Source: Vicugna vicugna (taxonomy: Eukaryota). Taken from it: 64,000 nucleotides of DNA. The notes under the pieces were generated by a model that saw only the letters and a program-made list of their open reading frames with translations, had not been told where the DNA came from and did not search any database. Position numbers and translations under genes: made by a program. How positions within the stretch are numbered: position 1 is the stretch's first letter; each line of letters opens with the position of its first letter. Positions 51,421 to 64,000 of this stretch are shown here, piece after piece. The stretch covers positions 1 through 64,000 of the forward strand of contig MU058017.1 of the NCBI GenBank assembly GCA_013265495.1, written 5' to 3'.

Positions 51421-52899
51421 TCATATGTACATGTGCTTCTTGAATTAGCAATTTTACTTCAGAGGCCTAAGAAAACTGATGCAAATGAGCTCAAAGAGAT
51501 ATTCAGAAATATGTTCACTGGAGCATTCTTTACATTATGAAAGATTTTAAAAATTGTGTTTATGCATAGGAAAATGGATAAATAATACTAGTGTACCCAT
51601 ACAATGGAATATTGCATAGGATTAAGATGAGTATTACAAACATAATACTGAACAAACTAAAGATGCAGAATTACCTATGTGTGAATGCATCAGTGTGTGC
51701 ATGTGTGTGCCCAGAGAGAGATGACAGATAGATGATAGAGATTATAACAACCTGAATTGGCATAATAAACTCAAGATTTGATATAACGGTTACCTCTGGG
51801 AAGTGAGGGGAAGGGAAAGACATACAAGTATAATGTTTACACTTGGCAAAGCTAGGTGATACGTGTGTTTTCCTTAAAATATTCTCTAGATTTTTTTCAG
51901 GCTTAAAGTGTTTTACAATAAGAATTTGCAGGCTTTAGTCTAAGGGCACTGAATTGAATGACGGCATCCCATGGAAGAAGCAATCTGATGGCTTTTAAGC
52001 ACAGTAAGATATTTTGGACACTAAAATAATGTGGTTTGACAAAGCACATCTTGAAATTGGTGATGTTAAACAGTGCATCTCTAGAACACTATTCCCCCAA
52101 AAGAAACCTATTAATGCCATAGAATTATGGTAACTGCCTGTCCTAATTTAGGAACAGTGTTAGACTATATGCTAGACTAATATTTCCTTGGAAAGATAAA
52201 TATGGTCATTTACATCCCAGTGTTGCTGAATGATCTCTTTGCCTTTGCCAAAATGGCCCCCTGACTGCAGGAAGAATTCCCTTCACAGATAGTCTGCCAC
52301 CTCACAAATGCTTCTTTTGTCCTATGTATAAAATCAACCTTAAAGACCACCCAGGTTTTATGCCTTGATTCATTTATTTGGACATGTTTTGGCATATCTT
52401 TGCAAGCAATGTCTTCTTCAATAAGAACAAATTACATCTCATGACATGAATTCTTGAGTAGGACTCTGACTAGGACATACATTGCCTAAGGCAACAGGCT
52501 GGGCTCATTGGCTGTCTTTCGAGCAGCCCTACTTCATGTCCTACTCAACTTTGAGCACAGCCAAAAATTATCTCGAGCCAAGTTCTTCTAGACAAAAAAC
52601 ACTCAACTCTTGTTTACTTCAAGCCAGTAGTAGACTCCAGCCAGATACTGGACCCGTCAAGTAATTTTAATAACTGAGAGAACATATTAGATTCTTGCTC
52701 TCATTCTCTATAGGGCTGAGGCCACATTCTCATAAGTCAATCATCCCTATGTGGAATTTTTATATTTTAATTTAAACTCTCTGTTGGTTTTACTGCTTCT
52801 GTACATATGATATTTCAGAATATAGTTTGCAATCACATATGTATTCCTCAAGGAGTGATGCCTTCATGATATCACAATTCTCTATTTTAGGAGAGAGTA

Positions 52900-53830
52900 T
52901 TCCAGGTGTTATATGACTCTCTCCATTTTGTCACTGCATTCTACTTGTATCCTAGTCATTTACCCATATTCTTTCAGAATTTGGCCTCAGGCTCATGGCT
53001 TTCTTCTTCAACCCACTGAATCTTCATGTGGGTAAGTCAACCAATCTTCAGATACCTCTAGTCAGTAACTTTCTCCATCTGTTATGTTCTAGAACATACA
53101 ACAACACAAACTGCTCACTTCCATCACAACCTCTAATCTCTTTAGTTTATTTATATGTGGACATTATTCTTTCCTTTTTGGACTCTCCAGTTCATTGACT
53201 CTTCCATTTTTATCTTCATATCACCTTTTATCTCCTTCCTCAGATCAGACAACATGATCCAAAATTCCAGTAATTATCCCAATAAAACCATTGAACTTTT
53301 TTCCTTTTTTCCTCAGAAAACTCTAATCCTGTATCAACTAAATCATCTGCTTTGGAAGATAGATTGCACTATAAATTTGGAATCATAAATCTTATATTTT
53401 TCTCTGGTCAACTTGCCTTCCTACTTTCTCTAAAGATTATTTCAAACTTTCTTTTCTATCCTCAAAATTCGACTTCTGTCTCAACCTAGTATCTTAATTG
53501 TTTATTTTTAGCTGATGATATTACCATTTATTTCACAGAGAGAGATAAAATCCACCTGAAAAGGATCAACTGACTTCCTCACTGTCCAACCTACCTGAAT
53601 CTGCTTGCATCTCCTCCTTCCCTCTGTACTACTAGAGGAGGTAGTGGCCCTCCAACCTGAAGTGCTTCCTCCATCCCAACTCTGGGCTCCCATGCCCTTC
53701 TGATTACTCTGGAACATTTACTTCCTCTATTTTCCTCTGAATCATCCACCTTCCACTTTACATAAGATCTTTTCCATCACCACAGCCTAGTCTTCTGACC
53801 ATTCCTATCATTTTTCATTTCAGTTTGAAA
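52900..53830 (+). mobile_element. Degenerate LINE-2 internal fragment
   Basis: Pyrimidine-rich, with 'atttatttcacagagagagataaaatcc' and 'cttcctccatcccaactctgggctcccatgccc'. Confidence 0.55.
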
Positions 53831-54700
53831 ATTTGTATTCGTTGACTTTCCTTTTCTGTGAAACTTATATTCATATATTGTACCTACTTTCTATGGAATC
53901 ATCTTTTCCTTATTGATTTGTAGGATTCATTTGTAGATTCCAGATATAAATACTTTGTCAGCTAAAGACTGCAACAAATGTTCTATGTATTCTGCCTTTT
54001 AGATTTGTGTATGGGGTCTTTTATCATATAGGAGTTTTCATTTTACTGTAATCAGATTTAACAGGATCTTCTTGTATGGGTTATGTATTTTGCATGTTTT
54101 TAAAAAACTGTTTTCTGATATGATGGAGATATATTTAAGTATTTTTCTTCTGAAAATTCAAAGGGTAGCTTTTTATATTACATCTTTAATTCACATAGAT
54201 TTTTTAAAAAGAACAGTATAAACTAAGAACATAATTTTATTTTTTTTGTATAATTATCCAAGCAACATTTGTTCAATATCCCAACTTCCATTTAACGATT
54301 TGAAAAAGGAACCTAGTCATCAACCAGATCTAAATATTTGAGTCTACTTCTACACTTTATTTTTTGCCCCATTGATTGATTTTCCTTTCATGTATCAACA
54401 TCACACTGCTTTTATCATTATATTGCTATGGCTTTTTTATGTACCTTGATACCTGGTAGGGTGCGTTCCTCCATCATACCCTTCTTAAAACTCTTTGGGC
54501 TTTTGTTGGCTGACTGCATTTTTTAACTTTATCAATCTGCCAAGTCATAAGAAATTTTATTTTATTCTTTAGAATTGTGCTGAATTTATAGGTTAATTTT
54601 GGGTGAACTGACTTTTTAAAAAAATTTTATTGGCTCCAAGCCATAAACACGGTATGCAGCATTCATTTACTTCAAAACACTTCTTATATGTATTTCAAAA
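53830..54700 (-). mobile_element. Ancient LINE-1 ORF2 3' fragment
   Basis: T-rich antisense L1 text ('ttcttattgatttgtagga', 'agaattgtgctgaatttataggttaattttgggtgaactgac'). Confidence 0.7.
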
Positions 54701-54719
54701 ATAAATACTATACTTTTAT

Positions 54720-55358
54720 CACCAAGTGAATAAAATATAAATTATTCAAATCAAAACACAAAGAGAAAAAAAAGAGAGAAAACTGGAATAGGACATTTAA
54801 GACCTGTGGGAATAAAATCAGCAAGTTTAATATACATGTAACAGATCCCAGAAGAAGGAGAGAAAGTAAATGGTGTAGAAAAAGTATCTGAAGAGATTAT
54901 GGCTATGATTTTCCAAAACTGATAAAAGTTGATAACCTATATATCTTAGGAGCTGAGAAAACCACACAGGATAAATACAAAGTAAACCATACTTAACGAA
55001 ATCATAGTTAAAATTCTGAACCAAAGACTAAGTGAAATTCATAAAAGAAATAAAAAAAAAACCTCTGATAATTCACTTACACACAGGAAAACAAGAAGAT
55101 TGATGGCTTATTGCTGGAAAAATATGTATTCTGAAAGTACTGAAAGAAAACAAAACAAAAATCTGTCAAACAAATTCTAGCTTCAATGAAAATATGCTTC
55201 AAAAATAAAGGCAAATTTTAAAAACTTTTAGATAGACAAAAGTTAAAAGCTAAAAAAAAATTTTTTTTCCAACAAATCTGCACTATAGAATAAAATCAAT
55301 TATTTAGGCTAAAGAAAGTGATACCATAAGGGAGTCCAGGTTTATAAGAAACATAAGA
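54720..55358 (+). mobile_element. Old LINE-1 ORF1 fragment (target of the young L1 downstream)
   Basis: 'gacctgtgggaataaaatcagcaagtttaatatacatgtaacagatcccagaagaaggagag'. Confidence 0.7.
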
Positions 55359-55367
55359 AGCACTGAG

Positions 55368-57251
55368 TTAGAAAAGGAAAGTAAAGAAATAATCCCTTTT
55401 TAAAGTTGCATCCAAAAAAATAAAACACTTAGGAATAAATCTGACCAAGGAAGTGAAAGACTTATATGCAGACAACTACAAAACATTGACTAAGGAAATT
55501 AAAGATGACTTAAAGAAATGGAAAGATATCCAATGTTCTTGAATTGGAAGAATTAACGTTATTAAAATGGCCATACTACACAAAGCAATCTATGGATTTA
55601 ATGTGATCTCTATCAAATTACCCAGGACATTTTTCATGGAACTAGAACAAATAATCCTAAAATTTATATGGAATCACAAAAGACCCAGAATTGCCAGAGC
55701 AATACTGAAGAAAAAGAATAAAGCTGGAGGAATAACCCTCCCAGACTTCAGACAATACTTCAGAATGACAGTGATCAAAACAGCATGGTATTGATACAAA
55801 AATAGACACATGGATCAATGGAACAGAATAGAGAGCCCAGAAATAAACCCACAAACTTTTGGTCAATTAATTTTTGACAAAGGAATCAAGAACATACAAT
55901 GGAGTAAAGACAGTCTCTTCAGCAAATGATAGTGGGAAAATTGGACAGCTGCATGTAAATCAATGAAATTAGAATACTCTCTCACACCACACACAAAAAT
56001 AAACTCAAAATGGCTTAAAGACGAACATAAGACACTATAAACCTCTTAGAAGAAAATATAGATAAAGCATTGTCTGACTTAATTCTTAGCAAAGTTCTCC
56101 TAGGGCAGTCTACCTAGGCAACAGAAATAAAACCAAAAATTAACAAATGGGACTTAAACTTATAAGCTTTTGCACAGCAAAGGAAACCATAAGCAAAACA
56201 AAATGACAACCTACAGAATGGGAGAAAATATTTGCAAAAGATGAGACTGGCAAGGGCTTAATTTCCAGAATATATAAACAGTTCATACAACTTAATAACA
56301 ACAACAAAAAAACACAACCCAATCCAAAAATGTCCAGAAGACCTAAACAAGTAATTTTCCAGTGAAGACATACAAATGGCCAACAGGCACATGAAAAAAT
56401 GCTCAATGTCACTGATTATCAGAGAAATGCAAGTCAAATGACGATGAAGTATCACCTCACACCAGTCAGAATGGCCATCATTCAGAAGTCCACAAATGAC
56501 AAATGCTGGAGAGGCTGTGTAGAAAAGGGAACCTTCCTACACTGCTGGTGGGAATGCAGTTTGGTGCAACTGTTATGGAAAACAGTACGGCGGTTCCTCA
56601 AAAGACTAAAAGTAGACTTACCATACGATCCAACAATCCCTGGGCATATATCCAGAAGGAATCTTAATTCAAAAAGATATATGCACACCAATGTTCATAG
56701 TAGCACTGTTTACAATAGTCAAGACATGGAAACAACCTAAATGTCCATCGACAGATAAACAGATAATGAAGATGTGGTGTATTTATACAATGGAATACTA
56801 CTCAGCCATAAAAAATGCCATTTGCAGCAACATGGATGGACCTGGAGAATGTCATTTTAAGTGAAGTAAGCCAGAAAGAGAAAGAAAAATACCATATGAT
56901 ATCACTTTTATGTGGAATCTAAAAAAAAAAAAAAGACAAACTTATTTACGAAACAGAAACAGACTCACAGACATAGAAAACAAACATGGTTACTAGGAGG
57001 GGAAAAGGGTGGGAAGGGATAAATTGGTAGTTTGAGATTTGCAGATACTAACATATATAAAATAGATAGACAAAAAATTCATACTGTATATAGCACAGGG
57101 AACTATATTCAATATCTTGTAGTAACTTAGGGTGAAAAAGAATATGAAAATGAATATATATACGTTCATGTACGACTGAAGCATTATGCTGTACACTAGA
57201 CATTGGCACACTGTAAACTGTACTTCCTGCACTACAATAAACATATATATA

Positions 57252-57298
<47 letters not shown>
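55368..57298 (+). mobile_element. Young 5'-truncated LINE-1 (post-RT ORF2 and 3' UTR) with a (TA)n/(TG)n tail
   Basis: ORF2 motifs [12 protein letters not shown] and [11 protein letters not shown] agcactgag (55359-55367, 57299-57307). Confidence 0.95.
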
Positions 57299-57300
<2 letters not shown>

Positions 57301-60009
57301 CACTGAGGAAGAAATTACTGGGAGTAAATATGAAATAACATTTATATATACACATATATACATATACACATTTTAAATTTGTTTGCATTCTCAGCTCTTT
57401 GATAGGCTAAAAAAACCCATAATTTTGTAGCTTAATCAGTTTACTTCATTATTAGCTGAGTAGAATTTTTTGGTTTAAAATAAATATGACACAGAATTTC
57501 CTTTACTCAAAAAAGATTCAGAAAGGACAAATTCATTCTCAAGCAGAATGTGCATTATATCAAGAAAACTATTGAGAGGGGACGTTTTATTTTGCATTAT
57601 AAATAATATATTCTTGTTTCTTTTTCATTTCCCTGTCTATTTTAAACCTTAGAAAATATTAGATTCAGCTTTCCTTTAATAGTTTGTCTTTGCTGACTCT
57701 GATTTGAAATGATCACAGGTGCCGAAATTTCAAAGATCTTCACAATTTCCTCCCAGTTCCAATAACTCAAAACTACAGTTTCTTGGTTCCTAATTTAGAT
57801 GGTTATGTCACTTCCTTGCTTTGTTAGTTAATATTAACAGTCATTTTACTGGCAGTTTGATTTGGTCAAGTCTTATTTTTGCAAAACCATTTTTTAAATG
57901 AAGGAATATAATGAATTTGGTTCTCAAAGTGCATGGAAAAAAAATGTGGACCCGCCACAAAGTCATAAAAGAACAAAGGAGTTCTAGGGTCTTCTTAAAA
58001 ATATGTTTTCAACAATTTTAAGATTCTAGGTCTACTTCCTTTTGTTTTGCTTCTTGATGAGATTATTAAATTCTTTTTAACCACAAAAGTATTGCCTTCC
58101 TCTCTTCCATAGTATGAACTTTTCTTGAATGATCAATTCATAGCATTGACACAAGGAATTCTTAGTGTATGGAATCCAATGGGACATGTAATATTTGGGT
58201 TTTACTAAAGGCATGTTCTGCTATTGCACTGGAGTCACAGACTATGAATTTTAAATCACAACTGTCTTCACCAAAAAGAATTCTTCAGCTACTAGCAGAT
58301 TTATACCAATACAGTTGGTAGAGCTTCATCAAATCTTAATAAAGCATAGTAATTCTGTTAGTATTTTCTTTCTCTTTTGCCACATCTGAAGACAAGACAA
58401 GAAACTGGCATCTAGATCACTGAAAAGAATTTTCATTTCTTAAAGGACTTCTGTTAATCTGTTACTTATATTCAGCACCTGGTACTGGTTGTATATCTGG
58501 TGCTTTAGTCATTTTCACTCTCTGCCCCAAACCTTGTCTGACCTATAACCTCATCAACTCAATTCATGGTTATACCATCCTATAGCATCCTCAAGCACAG
58601 CCTGTCTTTTTTCCCCCCCTATATACGTCAGTGCTATTCTATTCTAGGGAAGAACAGAGATCAGAACTGGGACTAATCCTAATTTCAATTCCAGTTTTGA
58701 TCTCTGTCCTGACTCTAGCCTCAGTTTTGGTTGGAATTTTAATGATCCCATTTTCACTAGACAAATAGCCCCTTAAAACTCAATCAGAGATTCATTTAGT
58801 TTTAATCACCTACTCCTCCAGAGCAAATGGACCTTGGAAAGTTGTCAGTCCTTTGTATGTCAGTGTCAATTAGAGCTGTTTCCTTTCCACCCAACACCTA
58901 ATTGAGATGAGTCACATGAATAAACAAAACAAGATAAATTCCTCTGTAAGAGAGAAAAAGAAGGTATGACTAATAATTTCAGATCAGACCAAAATTACTG
59001 GGCCAAATAAAGGTCCATGGTCTTGAGATGCTAATGAAAAGAAATGCAGCCAGTAGGAAATAGTGCAAAGAGAATACCGAAATGTTGCCAAAGATGAATC
59101 TGATTGATTAACAATTCTGATTAGATAATCCCTGTTGAATAATTTTTCAACCTGCCATTCAAAATAAAGCAAGCAAATCTTTTCCTGCAACCTAAAGTCG
59201 ATTGTGTTTAAAATCAGACTGTAAGGAAAATATCCATTCAGAAGAGGACAAGCAAGGGACATCTGCTATTAAGTGACAGAGAGAATTTGAGGTCAGAAGA
59301 GACTCCTACATTTTTCAGGTGTAAAGTGGGCTGATTCCTCACTTTTTTAGAAAGAAAGTTGAATCTAACATTGGAACATTGGATATAATATCAAAATAAT
59401 CAATTCATCAGACATATATTGAGTACTTAATATGTACCAGGTGTAATCTTGTTAGCTGTAGAGATAACCACTAAAAGAACACGGTGTTTGTAGGTGTCTG
59501 TATTTAAAGGTCATGTGAAAAAACAGATACAGATGAACGGCTAAGTCTTTGAACATAAAATAGCCCAACATGACTTGAGATTCATGACTTTGGAAAAATC
59601 ACACTTTATACTACTCAAACTTAAAGCAAAATCCTGTGTTATATGCTGAGTATGTGTAAGTGTAGGAACCTCTCTCTGAATTCATACCCAGTCTGAGTTG
59701 ATGGGGGGAAAAAAAACCAGTTTATTCCCCTGGTTTATTTTTCTTTTCCTAATAATGCCAGGAAGGTAGATAAGTTTTCTTCTATCAGCCAATTCCACAC
59801 TTACTTAAGATAATATATGATACACATTAATACTTCAACAGTTATAATGCATATTGCAATCAAAGATCCATAGCATGAAAAAACGGAAATAATTCTGAAT
59901 TCACTTTTACTTCAATTCCTATTATCTCCAAGTCAAAACGATTTTCACTTAACTTATTTTTTAGGAATGTTTGTATTACAATAGTTTTTTCCCAAGACTC
60001 TTGGTTTGG

Positions 60010-60650
60010 GCTCCTTCATGAAAAGATAAAAACAGTTTGAAAGCTGTCATCCCTGCCCTTACAACAAGAAGAAAAAATAAACAAACTGAAAATCAATGGC
60101 TTTTCTTAGACCCATCATAGAACTATGCCACATAGAAAACCTCCATCTTAAAATCTGGAAAGCCAAGACCTGCTTACCTAGAGCAGAAGCCACAGAAGCC
60201 ACAGAAGTCGTACTGGTAGGAACACTTACCTGGTAAATGTGATGCATCGCCAGAGACTGAATGTGGATCAGCATGAGAGCGAGAAACTCCTAAGGGCTGC
60301 AGTCTTGGGTGAGGGTGGAGGCACAATTTGGGGGTCTTTAACTCCAGAAATCTCACTAGATTCTCTTGATAAAAAGTCAAGAAAAATATCCTCATAGCTT
60401 TGGCAGAAATGGGTGAAGAGAGATTGTTATGAAATATATCCAGAGGCCTATATTCAGGAGGAAAGATTTCATCAGAATTTCATCCCACCTGAAGTAAGAG
60501 CATTGCTCCTACTCCAGACTCCTCTATCTCTACTGTCTCACTTAGGGAGAGGGAAAGTGAACAAACACTCTGAAGGTCAGAGTCACCACAGTAAAACACA
60601 AAGGCCCACTAAAAATAAGAGATTTAATCATAAAATTAAAGGATAATTCC
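60010..60650 (+). mobile_element. Old L1M-type 5'-end-like fragment
   Basis: 'aaagctgtcatccctgcccttacaacaagaag...aaactgaaaatcaatggcttttcttagacccatc'. From recall only. Confidence 0.5.
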
Positions 60651-60651
60651 A

Positions 60652-63320
60652 TACATTATATTAGTAGTAAAATTGAATCTATAATTTAAAAAACCTCCAA
60701 GCAAACAAAGTCAAGGATTGGACAGTTTTACAGGGGAATTCTATCAAATAAAGAGGTAATATCTATCCTCCTCAAACTATTCAAAAAAATTGAAGAGGAT
60801 GCAAAACTCTCAAATTCATTCTATGAGGCTACCACTACTCTTACCAAAACAGACAAAGATACTACAAAAAATGAAAATTACAAGCCAGTATCTTTGATGA
60901 ATAGAGTTGCAAACATGCTCAACAAAATATTAGCAAACCAAATCCAACAATGTATTAAAAAAATCATACCCCATGATCAAGTTGGATTTATTCCAGGGAC
61001 ACAAGGATAGTTCAATATTTGCAAATCAATCAATGTGATAAACCTTATTAACAAAATGAGAGATAAACATCACATGATCATCTCAATAGATGCAGAAAAA
61101 TATTTGACAAAATTCAACATCTGTTCATGATAAAAATTTGGCAGAAAGTGGGTATAGAGAGAACATATCTCAACAACAGAAAGGCCATTTATGAAAAACC
61201 CATAGCCAACATTACATTCAATAGTGAAAAGCTGAAAATCTTTCCTCTAAATTCACGAACAAGACAAGGATGTCCACTCTCACCACTCCTAGTTAACATA
61301 TTATGGGAAGTCCTAGCCACAGCAATCAGACATGAAAAATTAATAAAAGCATTCAGATTGGAAGGGAAGAGGTAAAATTATCATTATTTAGAGATGATGT
61401 TGATACTTTATTTAGAAAACCCTTAAGTCATCACCAAAAAACTATTAAGAGCTAGTAAGTAAAATCAGGAACGATGCAGGATACAAGATTAATGCACAGA
61501 AATCTGCTCCTTTTCTATACACTAATAGTAAACTAGCAGAAAGAGAAACAAAAATAAAATCCTATTTAAAATCACATCAAAAAGAATAAAACTCCTAGGA
61601 ATAAATTTAACTAAGAAGGTTAAAGACCTATACACTAAAAACTATAGAACCATGATGAAGGAAATTGAAGATGATAGAAAGAAATGGAAAGATATCTTGT
61701 CCTCTTGAACTGGAAGAATTAGTATTGTTAAAATGGTTATACTGTTCCAAGCTATCTACAGATTTCATGCAATCCCAATCAAAATATCTACGATATTTTT
61801 CACAGAACTAGAACAAATAATTCTAAAACCACAACCACAAAAGACCTTGAGTGGTCAAACCAATCTTGAGAAAAAAGAACAAAGGTGGAGTTATAATCCT
61901 CTCAACTTCAGATTATACTACAAAACTACAGTAATCAAAACAGCATGCTACTGGCACAAAAATAGACACATAGATCAATGGAACAGAAAAGAGAGCCCAG
62001 AAAAAAACCCAGACACCTATGGTCAATTAATCTACAACAAAGGAGGCAAGACTATACAATGGAGAAAAGACAGACTTTTCAATAAGTGGTGCTGGAAAAA
62101 CAGGACAGCTACATGTAAAAGAATGAGACTGGAACATTTTCTAACATCATATACAAAAATAAACTCAAAATGTATTAAAAACCTTAATATAAGACAAGAG
62201 ACCATAAAACTCTTATAAGAAAATATAGGTGAAACTGTCTTTGACATAACTTGCAGCAATATTTTTTGGCGCTATCTCATAAAGCAAAGGAAACAGAAGA
62301 AAAAAATAAACAAATGGGACCTAATTAAACTTAAAGCTTTTGCACAGCAAAGGAAACCATTGACCAAATGTGAAGACAACCTACTAAATGGGAGAAAATA
62401 TTTGCAAATGACATGACTGATAAGGGGTTAATATCCAAAATATATAAGTATCTCATGCTACTTAAGATTAAAAAAAAACACGCAACCTGATTAAAAAATG
62501 GGCAGAGGATCTGAATAGAAATTTTTTCCAAGGAAGACGTACAGATGGTCAACAAGCACATAAAGAGATGCTCAACATCTTAATCATCAGAGAAATGAAA
62601 ATTAAACCCTTGATGAGATATCACCTCACAGCTATCAAAATGTCTATCATCAAAAAGCATACAGAATCAAATGTTGGCAAGGATGCAGAGAAAAAGGAAT
62701 GCTTGTACACTATTAATAGAAATGTAAATTGGTGCAGTCACTGTGAAAAGTACTATGAAAGTTTCCGAAAAAACTAAAAATAGAACTACCATATGACCCA
62801 GCAATTCCATTCCTGGGTATATATATATGCAGAAAACAAAAACACTAATTGGAAAAGATACATGCACCCCAATGTTTACAGCAGCATTATTAACAATGGC
62901 CAAGATATGGAAGCAACCTGTGTCCATCAATAGATGAATGGAGAATAGAACAGAGAAAATAAAGAGAATGAATAGAGAAAGACAAAAACTGTATAATATC
63001 ACATATTTGGAATCTAAAAATAAAACAAACTAGTAAACAAAACAAAAAAGAAACAGATTCACAGATATAGAGACCAAACTAGTGGTTACTAGTGAGGAGA
63101 GGGAAGGGGGAAGGACAAGATAGATAAATGGGATTAAGAGGTACAAACTACTGTGTATAGAATAAATACACTACAAGGATATACTGTATGGCACAAGGAA
63201 TATAGCTAATACTTTATAATAATTATAAATGGAGTGTAACCTTTCAAAATTATGAATCACTATGTTGTACATCTGAATTATGTATTACTTTACATCAACT
63301 ACACCTCAATAATTTTTTTA
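60652..63320 (+). mobile_element. 5'-truncated LINE-1 with a decayed reverse transcriptase domain through the 3' UTR
   Basis: RT motifs: HDQVGFIPG (about 60973), [18 protein letters not shown], and a degenerate FADD box read as SLFRDD at 61381. Multiple stops and frameshifts. The 3' UTR resembles the L1 at 19085-20628. Confidence 0.95.
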
Positions 63321-64000
63321 AAAGCATATATGATTTGTTTTGGGGAACATAATCTATGCAATAATGAGTTTGACTTTGAAAAGTTCAGGTTTACTAAGTA
63401 GACAATTATGTTAGTAATTCAAATTATGAAGAATTTGCAAATTTCATTCCTTTAAATTAACAAGTTACCAGTTATATTTGTAAATAATTCAATTTATAAA
63501 AGCATTTACTTTTATTAACATATCTTTCAGAAATTAATCTATTGTTATGAAATGTTGTTCTCTAAATTACCAATTTATGAGCAAGAACACTCAGATTCTA
63601 TGTTCTACAACTTAAGACCACATATATTCTCCAAAATTATCTAGTTAATACTATTATTGGGAATATATTTTAAATATAATTTTGAGGTGCTACTTCATAC
63701 ACAGTTAAATATTAAATAAAAAGCATACATAAACAATGTGTTTGTACCATTTAAATTTTAAACAAATCTCTGTATCATGTGAAATCCATTAGTAGATCTA
63801 GACCATGTATTAAAAAAGTAGTTATCATAAAACCTATAAATGTTTATGAAAACCTTTCTAGTTTACAAAATTATCTTACTTGTTCCTCAGAAATGAAGTT
63901 AAATATATCTGTATTAATATGCTTATTTTACATGTTAGAAAACTGAGATTCAAAATCCCATACCTTTTGCCCATATCTCTCCATCTCATCTTACATGATC

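Larger units (their letters stand above)
46570..51920 (+). mobile_element. Ancient long LINE-1 (L1ME-like), fragmented by two solo LTRs, a MIR and an MLT1
   Basis: Collinear ORF1-like (46570-47500), ORF2-like ('aaactcaggaacaatatgaggatgcc' near 49210) and 3' UTR-like (51420-51920) remnants. Confidence 0.75.

Noticed and set aside
60652..62218. Reverse transcriptase motifs as a novel RT system (retron or DGR)
   Set aside because: This is ordinary LINE-1 ORF2, broken by stops and frameshifts, with a degenerate catalytic box and a standard L1 3' UTR.
1..64000. tRNA, rRNA, snRNA genes, CpG island, processed pseudogene, ERV internal genes
   Set aside because: None recognised. All LTRs appear solo, with no gag/pol/env. 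A covariance-model scan would be needed to exclude small ncRNAs.

Overview
AT-rich, CpG-poor mammalian genomic DNA, intronic or intergenic, with no intact protein-coding gene that I can recognise. Roughly half or more is interspersed repeat: LINE-1 of several ages, LINE-2, MIR, MaLR/ERVL LTRs, six solo ERV-type LTRs, a hAT-type MITE and microsatellites. The young L1 3' ends look cetartiodactyl. I saw no Alu, Bov-A/BovB, PRE1 or CHR-2 SINEs, so a camelid is my best guess (inference). The longer ORFs in the track are mostly L1 ORF2 fragments or their antisense shadows. In the non-repeat sequence there are two speculative signals. (1) About ten splice-site-bounded segments on the + strand (37 to about 30810), many with stop codons, which may be a decayed multi-exon gene or a lncRNA. 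(2) A possible minus-strand unit: CCAAT + TATA + donor near 38.5 kb, a Kozak-ATG exon at 22.2 kb, and a terminal exon with AATAAA at 9.0-9.2 kb, which would splice in frame to a 69-aa microprotein. Neither is confirmed. Repeat family names come from recalled consensus motifs, not a database search. Boundaries without target-site duplications (TSDs) are approximate.
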